From positions 167,976 to 231,975 of IMG/VR virus record IMGVR_UViG_3300042934_000547: a stretch of 64,000 nt of DNA; one strand, written 5' to 3'. The position numbers and the translations under genes are program-made. The notes below the pieces were generated by a model. It was given only the letters and a program-made list of their open reading frames with translations, was not told the origin of the DNA and searched no databases. This document shows positions 50,027 through 58,967 of this stretch, one piece after another (position 1 is the first letter of the stretch; the number at the start of each line of letters is the position of its first letter).

Positions 50027-50525
50027 AGATATTGTTTGATTATAAATGCTTAAACCGGTTAGCTTTTAATCGATAAGACAGTATCCATATAGTATTTAGA
50101 TATGCCGGCAGCCCCTTATAATGGACCATTAGTAAACTAAAATGATCATTGATGGTATTGTGGGCTTATGCTGGCAAAATCTTACTTCCAATTATGCACT
50201 TCGAGTTAAAGTAGCATGGTAATATAGTGTCCCCCGGGTAAGTCGTCCCCTACCCTTCTTGATACCGTGCTACTAAGTGTATAATGTAACATTTGGATAA
50301 TATTTAGGATTTGGTTACCGTTTAACCCATTCTAAATTTTATTATATATTTTTTCTTCTTTTACTACACCTCATTTTGTTAGGTGCATTGGTTTTCTCCT
50401 TTCTCTATTTGTATGACAAGCACTTAAAATAGCGTAATAAGAATAGCTACTTATTACGCTATATTGGGTGTGAGTATTAATAATTTGAAAAAAAAATAAT
50501 GAGGTAGGATTAATTTCCTACCTCT
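50027..50525 (+). ncRNA. Candidate large structured ncRNA (~450-500 nt)
   Basis: ORF-free, locally GC-enriched; AACA-N6-TA at 50016-50027; multiple stems with recurrent G-U pairs on the + strand; hairpin 50501-50524 plus T-rich tract. Confidence 0.65.
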
Positions 50526-50530
50526 TCTTT

Positions 50531-50908
50531 TTATTCTTTAATTTCGTACGTCACCATAATCTGCGTAAACGTTAATTTTCCTGATGATGGTATAAGTCTA
50601 TTTGAATCAGATTTAATCCCAATCATTTCATCTATATCACGTAAAAATTCAAATATATTTTGAATGTCTTTAATAATATCAATGTAAATGATTACTGATT
50701 TACCACGAATTACAGCCATAGATATTCTATAAGACGGTAATATAAATGGTTTAATGCGTATATCTTCATTGTCGAATTTGAATACTATATCATCTCGATG
50801 TGGAAATACTTCTCCATATGAAATAATCTTTTTAACATCTTTTGTCTCAACTAAATGGAGTTGTTTAAATTTTTCTAGATAGTAGTTCTTATTCATTGTC
50901 ATCTTCAT
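50531..50908 (-). CDS. Hypothetical protein
   Basis: N-terminus MNKNYYLEK and layout resemble the adjacent 50889..51623 protein. Confidence 0.55.
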   Translation of the reverse strand: MKMTMNKNYYLEKFKQLHLVETKDVKKIISYGEVFPHRDDIVFKFDNEDIRIKPFILPSYRISMAVIRGKSVIIYIDIIKDIQNIFEFLRDIDEMIGIKSDSNRLIPSSGKLTFTQIMVTYEIKE

Positions 50909-51623
50909 CCCATTTTAATTGATATTTGATGGTTATGTACATTCCATCATCCTTACCACCCATTTCAATATCAGGTTCACTTAATGGTAACACACCACGT
51001 ATCAAATTTATCATTCCATTAATACTATCCATTGGGCACATGAAATCACCCCATACTCTAAGTGATATATTTAAGGACTCTTCTTGAGTACAATCTACAT
51101 GTATATCAACTGAATTTTGTTCATTAAGCATTTTTTCGATTTCGAGAAATGCTTCGAATTCATTTATTTGATGGAATTTATATTTCATTTTATGGTGTGT
51201 AAATATAGTTTCTATTTTTGGAATTACATTCTTTCTAATAACACTGATTTTTGTATCCAAATCATAGTAATATTTGAATATAATCTTGATTGCTGCAAAC
51301 GCATATTCATCTTCATCCTTTGGATACACAGAGATTTCACCACATGGTGGTAAACCTAACTTTTTCCTGATTTGCTCATTAAATAATGCAAAATTGTCAA
51401 ATCCATCTACGGTATCAATGATGATGTGAAGTATATTATTATCAAATATCATCACCTGAAGATTTTTCAGGTCAGGTTCATGAATCCTGTCAACCAAGTT
51501 ATCGGTACGATAATATTCATAATCACTTTTAATTTCACCTATAAATCTTTGAGTACTTTCTTTTATTAAATCAAACTTACCTAACTTGGTTTGTAATATT
51601 TTTAAATATTCGTCTTTATTCAT
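50889..51623 (-). CDS. Hypothetical protein
   Basis: 244 aa, AAGGAG RBS. Confidence 0.6.
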   Translation of the reverse strand: MNKDEYLKILQTKLGKFDLIKESTQRFIGEIKSDYEYYRTDNLVDRIHEPDLKNLQVMIFDNNILHIIIDTVDGFDNFALFNEQIRKKLGLPPCGEISVYPKDEDEYAFAAIKIIFKYYYDLDTKISVIRKNVIPKIETIFTHHKMKYKFHQINEFEAFLEIEKMLNEQNSVDIHVDCTQEESLNISLRVWGDFMCPMDSINGMINLIRGVLPLSEPDIEMGGKDDGMYITIKYQLKWDEDDNE

Positions 51624-52143
51624 TTTCGTTCTCCTTCAATTCATCATATATTTGTTGAGAAGCTATAGTTCCTCGTGATTGTTGTTTATTTATTGGTAAT
51701 GATTTAGCCCACTCTAATAACTCGATGTGAAGTTTAAATAAAATATCAGAATCAATTGGAATCCTGTTACGTGTCTTACTATCTTTGACACGTAATACTT
51801 TTTGAATTTTATTTGTATCTTCTATTACTCGACCTTTATGAATGGTTGTATAATATTTATCCTCCACCTCGAAATTATCTGGAATGTGTGGTAATACAAT
51901 ACCTACATCAAACAGAATATACATACGATTGGCTTCATCACGAGTCCCATAGTGACCAGCACAACAGAATACTGTGCGATAGTTCTTTTTATTTAATTCA
52001 ATGATTGTTGGTATAATCATCTCATCAATCTCTCCAAAGTATGTACCACTATGGCATTCAGTTCTAGGACAACTTCTAACCCCTTCTCTTAAAGTAGAAC
52101 CATCGTAAATATTGAAACATCTTAGACATACATATTTACTCAT
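51616..52143 (-). CDS. Zn-ribbon protein with phage T..CC.GH domain
   Basis: CLRC...CPRTEC and LNKKNYRTVFCCAGH. Confidence 0.55.
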   Translation of the reverse strand: MSKYVCLRCFNIYDGSTLREGVRSCPRTECHSGTYFGEIDEMIIPTIIELNKKNYRTVFCCAGHYGTRDEANRMYILFDVGIVLPHIPDNFEVEDKYYTTIHKGRVIEDTNKIQKVLRVKDSKTRNRIPIDSDILFKLHIELLEWAKSLPINKQQSRGTIASQQIYDELKENENE

Positions 52144-53221
52144 TTTTATTTACCTCTTTTATATAATTTGACAACGATTTAACAAATTCAATTTCCATAT
52201 TTGAACTCGTAAATCCAGCGGCATTTTTATGCCCTCCACCACCATGCTTCATACATATTTCAACTACACTAACTTCCTTAGAATATAGTGTATATTTATA
52301 TTTCTCGCCATTAAACGTAAAAAGTATACAAAAATCGAATTTATCGATAAGTTCTTCGAAAGCAAATGAATTACCTAATCCTTCATTTAGACATAAGCAA
52401 GTGTGTCCATCTAATTTACCGATGAATCCGTATTCATTTAATTTTGATATATATTCTTTCTCTTTTGGAAGTGAATCTATTCTACCGTCATCAATTACAT
52501 CATTAATATCTATACAGGTATGCTCTGGATTTAATATATTTAAATTCAATGCATTAGATAAAATATCATCATTTAACCATTCATTCCATAATTTATATCC
52601 ACTCTCTTCAGTTAATAATTCTCTATTTAAACCAAAAGTCCCTCTATTAAAATATCTAGCCACTTTATTAGGAAGTAGATGTTTCCATGTGTCGTAATCA
52701 TCGACTAACTTTAAAATGTATGGTATATGATAATCATCATATTGCTCGATGATATTAGTCGTTCCATCAACCTGCAATTTAGATTGTACTTTGTTACAAG
52801 GACTTATGAATAATCCTATATATGCTAAATAAGCACCACATGCAGATTTATTTATCATACCAAATAATCGATTTTCATTTTCATCAATAAATGTTGGATT
52901 TCCTTTTATAAAATCGAATGATGAGTCATGATGGTCAAACCATATTACTTCAACTGAATGGTCAAATAAGAATTTAAATATCCCTAATGCTTCCTCTAAA
53001 TTGAAAGAATAATCCACGATGTAAATTCTATCATATTTACAATTTCGTGTACATACAACTCTTTTTATTTCCTCTAAATCATTCTTTACGTGATTTAGTG
53101 TGATTGTATCAATCTCAGCTGGTTTATTAAGATTAGCATGTAAATCACATAAAGCACCTCCTAACATTCCGTCATTATCATGATGCCTTATTACTAAAAA
53201 TTTCTTAGTTTCCATAATCAT
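52136..53221 (-). CDS. DHH/DHHA1-family phosphoesterase
   Basis: HHDNDG, IVDYS, WFDHH, DDYD.W, GGGGHKNAAGF. Confidence 0.92.
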   Translation of the reverse strand: MIMETKKFLVIRHHDNDGMLGGALCDLHANLNKPAEIDTITLNHVKNDLEEIKRVVCTRNCKYDRIYIVDYSFNLEEALGIFKFLFDHSVEVIWFDHHDSSFDFIKGNPTFIDENENRLFGMINKSACGAYLAYIGLFISPCNKVQSKLQVDGTTNIIEQYDDYHIPYILKLVDDYDTWKHLLPNKVARYFNRGTFGLNRELLTEESGYKLWNEWLNDDILSNALNLNILNPEHTCIDINDVIDDGRIDSLPKEKEYISKLNEYGFIGKLDGHTCLCLNEGLGNSFAFEELIDKFDFCILFTFNGEKYKYTLYSKEVSVVEICMKHGGGGHKNAAGFTSSNMEIEFVKSLSNYIKEVNKNE

Positions 53222-53372
53222 TTCCTTTCTTCTCCACGACTATAATAAGTCAATAAGTATTTTGTGGTTATCATTTCTTAATTGAAATAATTATTTAGAT
53301 TTATTTTACCTATCAAATATATAATATATATCTGAAATTATTAACAATTACATCTAATTAAGGAGGTGATTC

Positions 53373-54161
53373 GTGATGATTGAAATAACTAGCTTGAATG
53401 AGGCTAAAAGAAAGAAACCAGAAGAAGACGATGATGATTCTCGTTATGAATTAGAAGATGAACCTAACGAAGAAGAAACAGATGAAGATGACGTGGGCGA
53501 ACCTGATGACGAAGAAGATGTTGACTATAATATCGGTGATGATGAAGGTGAACCTGATGAAGAAGAACCTGATGAAGAAGAACTTGATGATGATGGTAAT
53601 ATTGAGGATACCCAATACGAATTAGGTGACGAGGATGAACCTGATGCGGAAAATGTTGATGACGAAGATACGGGTGAAGAATCAGATTTAGAAAACGATG
53701 ATGGTGGTAATTACGATATGGATGATGAAGATCCTGAAGGAGAAGGCGATGAAGGAACACCAGATGGAGAAACTGATGATATTGATGATTCTGCTAGCCA
53801 ACATCCTGATTATATAGATATAAATAACATCGAATCCGAAGTAGCCAGCCAAATATTAAACAATCAGGAACTTCTAGTTAGGAAGAATAACCTGAAGAAG
53901 TTATTTAAAAATCTTTATGACAGTATTGAGCAATATATTAATAAATTATCCAATATGTCAATTGCTGATTCTGAAGAAGAAAAACAGGTAAATGAGATAA
54001 TTAATCAGTTAAAGGAAGCCAAAGTATTATTGATTGATTATGTTTCTGATGTGTATGATATTAAGTCGTATACAGAGAATTTAACCCAATACTACCAGTA
54101 TATTGCACTTCTGGAAAATATATTTGCAGTAATAAAGATGCTAAATGATAAACACAAGTAA
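53373..54161 (+). CDS. Highly acidic protein upstream of the capsid gene (scaffold-like?)
   Basis: About 125 aa of D/E-rich low complexity plus helical C-terminus; SLNEA site. Confidence 0.55.
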   Translation: MMIEITSLNEAKRKKPEEDDDDSRYELEDEPNEEETDEDDVGEPDDEEDVDYNIGDDEGEPDEEEPDEEELDDDGNIEDTQYELGDEDEPDAENVDDEDTGEESDLENDDGGNYDMDDEDPEGEGDEGTPDGETDDIDDSASQHPDYIDINNIESEVASQILNNQELLVRKNNLKKLFKNLYDSIEQYINKLSNMSIADSEEEKQVNEIINQLKEAKVLLIDYVSDVYDIKSYTENLTQYYQYIALLENIFAVIKMLNDKHK

Positions 54162-54201
54162 ATACTGCTATTTTATAGCACTATAGGTATTATTTTTACA
54201 T

Positions 54202-54213
54202 AACAATATAATA
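54202..54213 (+). promoter_or_regulatory. Late-type promoter motif AACA-N6-TA, representative copy
   Basis: Also at 2333(-), 7431(-), 7479(+), 9535(-), 10558(-), 10642(+), 23709(-), 24190(+), 27989(+), 43546(-), 45594(-), 45632(+), 50016(+), 57315(+). Confidence 0.75.
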
Positions 54214-54246
54214 ATTAAATTGAAATTATGAAGGAGGTACAATATT

Positions 54247-56007
54247 ATGCAATATGGTACTAGACAAAGAGTGAATAATGATATAGCTGGTATGAGCTAT
54301 AAAAAAGATAAGCTTTATAAATATGCTGAGCAAACTAATGAGTTGAGAACAGCAATTAAGGAAGAAACTGGGTTAGATATATTTACTACTCCGGGAGGTA
54401 TATCAAATGATAGATATGCCGTTGCGAGAAACCAGTTAAAGGATTTCTTCGTACAAGAATCATACGATCCTGATTTGGTAACTACATTGGACGAACAATC
54501 AGCAGTTATGGATGACATGGGTGCTTTGTTCGAAAACATGATGGATGCTATGGAAACAACTGTAGGTTCTCCTATTCAGACTAACCTTAACGAGTCTGTT
54601 GCGTTGAACACTTTGAATCCAATCATCGCTATGTCTCCAATGATATACAAAGATATATTGATTAACAATATATTCCAAAGTGCTATCGATACTGCTGTTG
54701 CTGTAAGTCCTATCGTACCAATAAGACATGAGCACAGATATTTAGTTTCGGTTGACGGAACTAAGAAGATTGATATTTCTAAGCAGCAACACATGATAAA
54801 ATCATTTATGGATGAAACTGCTCCATTTAAAGAAATAGTAATCACTCTTCCAGAAAACGGTTCAGTTGACATAATTGCTGCATTAAACGGCAATAATTCT
54901 GATTCATTATCAACAGCTTCTTATATTTCTAAGATTGTTATTGATAAAACTGCTGCACCTGTTGAACCTGCAACTGAAATTGAAACAGTAGAAAGACTCT
55001 GTGATTTCAGATTATTACCACAAGGTTTCAATACTACATCTGCTCAAAGATATTTGATCCAAGATGTATTGTTACCTTACTTAGATGCTCAAGGTAATCC
55101 AGTGGCAGACACAATGACTGTTACTATGAACAATAACAAATTAACAGCTATGTCTTCAATGGGTAAAATAAGATCTATAACTTTCAAAGCAAGACTTGAT
55201 ACTTCAACAGCAATGTTAAAGACTTGTACAACTGCTTGGGAGCATGAAAATACACAAATCGGAATCGATGATGGTATGCCTCTTGCTACTACTGTTAACC
55301 CAAGTGAATTGAAAGATATTGCAGCTTTATTCAATATTGATCAGTTGACTAAAGTTATGAGTATATTCAGAGACACAATGGCTAACTACAAAGACAGCCA
55401 CATTTATGAATACCTAGTTGATTCTTATAATAGAATGCCTGATGATTTCGGTGGAAAATTCTCTGGTAAATTCGACTTTGCTGATATAGCAGGATATCAT
55501 GTACAGAATCCAGAATCTTGGAGACATGAAGCATTTATGCCTATATTGGACTCTTATATTTCAGATGCTTTACAACATTTAAGAGACCCTAATATATCAG
55601 TAACAATATTAGGTAGACCTGACCTTATCAGAAAGATCGAGCCTTCTAAATACGAATATCAGTCTCCAAAGAATATCGGTGCTATTCCTCTTGAATTCAA
55701 CAGAACTGTTACTACTAACCACGGCAGACAGTACAACTTCAACAGCTCAATGAAGATTAACTATGATACAGCAAACAGAAACAAATTCAGAGTTGTATTT
55801 AATCCTACATCATCTGAACGTTTCATCTACAGACTGTACAACTACCAGTTAGTAATTTCTAATGAAATCAAAGCTCAGGAGAACTTAGCATTGCCATCAG
55901 TATATGCATTCGAAAGATTCAAAGTTACTGAATGGCAACCAGTTCAAGGTGAAATTCTTGCAGTTAATCCTTCAGGATTCACTAAACCTGAATACGCTAA
56001 CCTGTAA
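54247..56007 (+). CDS. Probable major capsid protein precursor
   Basis: 586 aa; perfect RBS; late-type promoter 54202-54213; high-expression codon bias (ttc/aac/tac); propeptide ending ~NLNES; own terminator. Confidence 0.65.
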   Translation: MQYGTRQRVNNDIAGMSYKKDKLYKYAEQTNELRTAIKEETGLDIFTTPGGISNDRYAVARNQLKDFFVQESYDPDLVTTLDEQSAVMDDMGALFENMMDAMETTVGSPIQTNLNESVALNTLNPIIAMSPMIYKDILINNIFQSAIDTAVAVSPIVPIRHEHRYLVSVDGTKKIDISKQQHMIKSFMDETAPFKEIVITLPENGSVDIIAALNGNNSDSLSTASYISKIVIDKTAAPVEPATEIETVERLCDFRLLPQGFNTTSAQRYLIQDVLLPYLDAQGNPVADTMTVTMNNNKLTAMSSMGKIRSITFKARLDTSTAMLKTCTTAWEHENTQIGIDDGMPLATTVNPSELKDIAALFNIDQLTKVMSIFRDTMANYKDSHIYEYLVDSYNRMPDDFGGKFSGKFDFADIAGYHVQNPESWRHEAFMPILDSYISDALQHLRDPNISVTILGRPDLIRKIEPSKYEYQSPKNIGAIPLEFNRTVTTNHGRQYNFNSSMKINYDTANRNKFRVVFNPTSSERFIYRLYNYQLVISNEIKAQENLALPSVYAFERFKVTEWQPVQGEILAVNPSGFTKPEYANL

Positions 56008-56038
56008 TCCTTATTCCTTTCATATAATATATATTAAA

Positions 56039-56070
56039 AGAGCCTACGGCATGTCCCGTAGGCTTCTTTT
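56039..56070 (+). terminator. Terminator after the capsid gene
   Basis: agcctacgg-catgtc-ccgtaggct followed by a T-tract. Confidence 0.8.
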
Positions 56071-56102
56071 TATTTAAAGAAAAATTTAAACAGGAGGTAT
56101 TT

Positions 56103-57269
56103 ATGAGTAATAAAACTGATTATAACTTTGGTCCTTTAGTTACATATTGTGATAACTTACTCAGAGATTATTCTAACACACCGAGAAGAAATTCGGCACT
56201 GAAAGATATCAAAGACGAATTGAATAAATTCTTCAAGGATAATAAATGCGTGGATATCATCTATACAGAAAACGATAGAATATTCTTTGGTATGTACATG
56301 TTCCCCATAAATGAACGTAATAAAACATACATGATCGAAATCGATTCAAAGTTATTAAATCCTATGATGCAATTGAATGGCAGGGAATTAGCTGCTGTAT
56401 TTTTACATGAAGTTGGTCATTGTGTGGCAAATGAAGTTGCTTACACTAAACTCGATTCAGCAGCTAATGTGTATATTGCTAAAGAAGGTATTATAATCGA
56501 TAAAGACATAGAAGAAAATTCTAAAAAAGTTAAATATATCACTATGGTTAAATCAATCAGAAATATTGCCTCCATATTTGTTCGTAATGATATGGAAGAA
56601 ATGTTTGCTGATGATTTTGTTAGAAGTACTGGATTTGGTTTAGACCTAGAGAGGGCATTTACTAAATTTAAACGCTATTGTTATGAAATACCTGAGAAAA
56701 GAAGATTATCTACCACCTTCTGGTATCTAAAGATGGTTGGAAGTTTTAATAATCGTTCAGGTTACGCTAAATCACAACTTAAAGATGGTAAAGCTGTTGA
56801 GCCATCCAAATATCTAAGAGATATATATGGAGAGGCTATAAAAGAAATAGTATCAATGGAATTGAAGAAGGGTAAATTATCTAGATACAACGAAGCTGTG
56901 GCTTATAAATTCGATAAGAGCATTGAAGCCTTAGAGGAAGGTACAAGAGACGTTGTTAAATCTATCAGATATAATATGACCAGAGATATACAAGATAAGA
57001 TTTATGAGCTGGAGATTCGTTCTAAGCATTTAGATAATGAATATGAAGCTATCAATCTTATCAAAGAACTCAATGTCTATATAGATGCTATGGAACTCAC
57101 GATGTTAAAAAATAAGGCAGATAAAAGAGAAAATGAAATGCTTTCCATGAATCTCAAGAAAGCCATGGCTTTACGTGATAAGGTAGCTAATATGCCTACA
57201 TTTAAACGTAAGGTTTATGGATTGTATATCCAATATCCAGAAGATGAATCCTTTGACGTTGCCTATTAA
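56103..57269 (+). CDS. HEXXH zinc-metallopeptidase-like protein
   Basis: ELAAVFLHEVGH ... EEMFADDF (zincin/M48-like). Confidence 0.7.
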   Translation: MSNKTDYNFGPLVTYCDNLLRDYSNTPRRNSALKDIKDELNKFFKDNKCVDIIYTENDRIFFGMYMFPINERNKTYMIEIDSKLLNPMMQLNGRELAAVFLHEVGHCVANEVAYTKLDSAANVYIAKEGIIIDKDIEENSKKVKYITMVKSIRNIASIFVRNDMEEMFADDFVRSTGFGLDLERAFTKFKRYCYEIPEKRRLSTTFWYLKMVGSFNNRSGYAKSQLKDGKAVEPSKYLRDIYGEAIKEIVSMELKKGKLSRYNEAVAYKFDKSIEALEEGTRDVVKSIRYNMTRDIQDKIYELEIRSKHLDNEYEAINLIKELNVYIDAMELTMLKNKADKRENEMLSMNLKKAMALRDKVANMPTFKRKVYGLYIQYPEDESFDVAY

Positions 57270-57350
57270 TTTCTAGTATAGGGGTTTACCCCTATACTAT
57301 TTTATTTTGTCTAAAACACTTCATTAGTGATTAATTGGAGGTATTAGAAT

Positions 57351-57962
57351 ATGCAAGAATTTAAACCGTTATTTATCGTTTTTGATGGAATTGATGGATG
57401 TGGTAAGACCACACAATTAAAATTGTTTAGCAATTTTTTATCAGAATTAGGAGCTGACAATACTATTGTGCGATTTCCGGGTGGAACAGGATTTGGAAAT
57501 ACTATCCGTGATATGTTATTGAGGAAAGTATTTAATCAAGCTGGTGAAGCATTAGCATTTGCACTCGATAGACATCATACTCTCAATAAAATTGTCAGAC
57601 CTGCATTATTAGAGAATAAATTTGTATTAGCAGATAGGTATGACAGTTCATCTTTAGCATATCAAGGGGTTGATATAACTAATGACCTAAATAAAGCTGG
57701 GGAGATATCAGAAGCTGATTTATACATAATATTTAGAATGGACCCAAAACTCGCATTAGATAGAGCACAACAACGAGAAGCATTGAATGAACTTGAGAAG
57801 GATGTATTCACCAATCGTGTTGAAAAGATTTCTAAGGTTTATAATAATCTACCAAGAAAAAATGTCATTTATATTGACGTAGATGAATTTAAAACTGCTG
57901 AAGATATTCAGTTTGAAGTAGCTATTAAATTTACCGATTTTTACTCTAAAATAAATAAATAA
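57351..57962 (+). CDS. tmk: Thymidylate kinase
   Basis: FIVFDGIDGCGKTT P-loop, RFPGGT, LADRYDSSSLAYQG. Confidence 0.95.
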   Translation: MQEFKPLFIVFDGIDGCGKTTQLKLFSNFLSELGADNTIVRFPGGTGFGNTIRDMLLRKVFNQAGEALAFALDRHHTLNKIVRPALLENKFVLADRYDSSSLAYQGVDITNDLNKAGEISEADLYIIFRMDPKLALDRAQQREALNELEKDVFTNRVEKISKVYNNLPRKNVIYIDVDEFKTAEDIQFEVAIKFTDFYSKINK

Positions 57963-58028
57963 TTCTCCTGTAACTATTATATAGTGAGTAAATAGAATAA
58001 AAAGGTAGAAAATAAATGGGAGGAATAG

Positions 58029-58400
58029 GTGAAGTATATGAAGTTTGAATTTAACGTCAAAAATATAGGACAGATATCTGATGGTTCTCATACGTTTGAC
58101 GAATTGTATTACCACCGAATGATGTTATTTGCTGTAATTTGTAATACTTATAAAGATGCTGCGTGGAAATCATGGAAACATGAGGATGGAACGATGTATG
58201 ATGACTATTTCATAGTAGGAATAACTACCCCTGATGGAGATTATTCGTATCATTATCATAAAGACCACTGGGACATGTTTAATGTACGAGAATTAGCTAA
58301 AGCTCCAAAATATGATGGTCATCAGCCTAAGGATGTAGATAGGTTATTAAGTCTAGTACCCGGAAGTGCAATGAAAATAAAGAAACCTAAGATGAAATAA
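58029..58400 (+). CDS. WDGH-type small phage protein
   Basis: SDGSHTFDELYYHR...WKSWKHEDG...SYHY....W..F...APKYDGH pattern. Confidence 0.6.
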   Translation: MKYMKFEFNVKNIGQISDGSHTFDELYYHRMMLFAVICNTYKDAAWKSWKHEDGTMYDDYFIVGITTPDGDYSYHYHKDHWDMFNVRELAKAPKYDGHQPKDVDRLLSLVPGSAMKIKKPKMK

Positions 58401-58411
58401 AGGAGAAACAA

Positions 58412-58777
58412 ATGAAATCTGTAAAACATGATTTATTAACAAGTAAATATACAGTTGTACAGCACGAAAATGATGAAGATATGAAATTCGGAGTTCCGTG
58501 TAATTTTACTGTAGTTCAGTCTATTCTTGTTGAACCAAAAACTTTAGCTGAAATACATTTTCAAGAAGGTCCAATAAAAGAATGCGGAATAAATGGGGTA
58601 AATAACGAAGATTTAATAGCAATGGTTATTTGTAGACTCGGACATTTTCAAAATTCTAATTTTTCTTGTCGTGAGAATGCAATGGCTATCACTAAACTTG
58701 AAGAAGCTTTATTATGGCTTAGAAAGAGAACCATGGGAAGGGAACAAAGGGGTGTTGAAGGAACACATGAATTATAA
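58412..58777 (+). CDS. tad1: Tad1-family anti-defence nucleotide sponge
   Basis: IHFQEGP..GVNNEDL..RLGHFQ..FSCRENAMAITKLEEALLWL..R...R..RGVEGT matches the Tad1 pattern as I recall it. Confidence 0.8.
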   Translation: MKSVKHDLLTSKYTVVQHENDEDMKFGVPCNFTVVQSILVEPKTLAEIHFQEGPIKECGINGVNNEDLIAMVICRLGHFQNSNFSCRENAMAITKLEEALLWLRKRTMGREQRGVEGTHEL

Positions 58778-58797
58778 TATATAAATAGGAGAAATAA

Positions 58798-58965
58798 ATG
58801 GCTTCAGGACATGTTTGGAATTACGTGATGATGCGATTACCAAATCAAGAGGTTGTTGAAGGACATATAAGTGGTTACAGACTTTTGAATAACATTATTG
58901 ATGTCAAAGTTAATGGTATTTGGTATAGCACACATATGAGTAATGTGGTTTTGATGGTTAAATAA
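58798..58965 (+). CDS. 55-aa hypothetical protein (not in ORF track)
   Basis: AGGAG RBS; MASGHVWNYVMMRLPNQEVVEG...YSTHMSNVVLMVK. Confidence 0.6.
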   Translation: MASGHVWNYVMMRLPNQEVVEGHISGYRLLNNIIDVKVNGIWYSTHMSNVVLMVK

Positions 58966-58967
58966 TA

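Noticed and set aside
50371-50388. Minus-strand RBS (GAAAGGAG) followed by ATG
   Set aside because: Encodes only MHLTK*; G-U polarity and promoter favour a + strand RNA
45665-50530. Group I intron or intein interrupting the RNAP gene, with the 50-kb element as an intron
   Set aside because: The gene ends with a stop and terminator, no same-strand downstream exon follows, and no intein or P7-core motifs were recognised
53464-53760. His/Leu/Arg-rich minus-strand ORF
   Set aside because: Antisense artefact of the GAT/GAA-rich acidic gene
54247-56007. Chimallin (nuclear shell) or tail sheath identity for the 586-aa protein
   Set aside because: Late-type promoter, propeptide-like leader with Glu sites and position after an acidic scaffold-like gene fit a capsid precursor better; not excluded without a structure search
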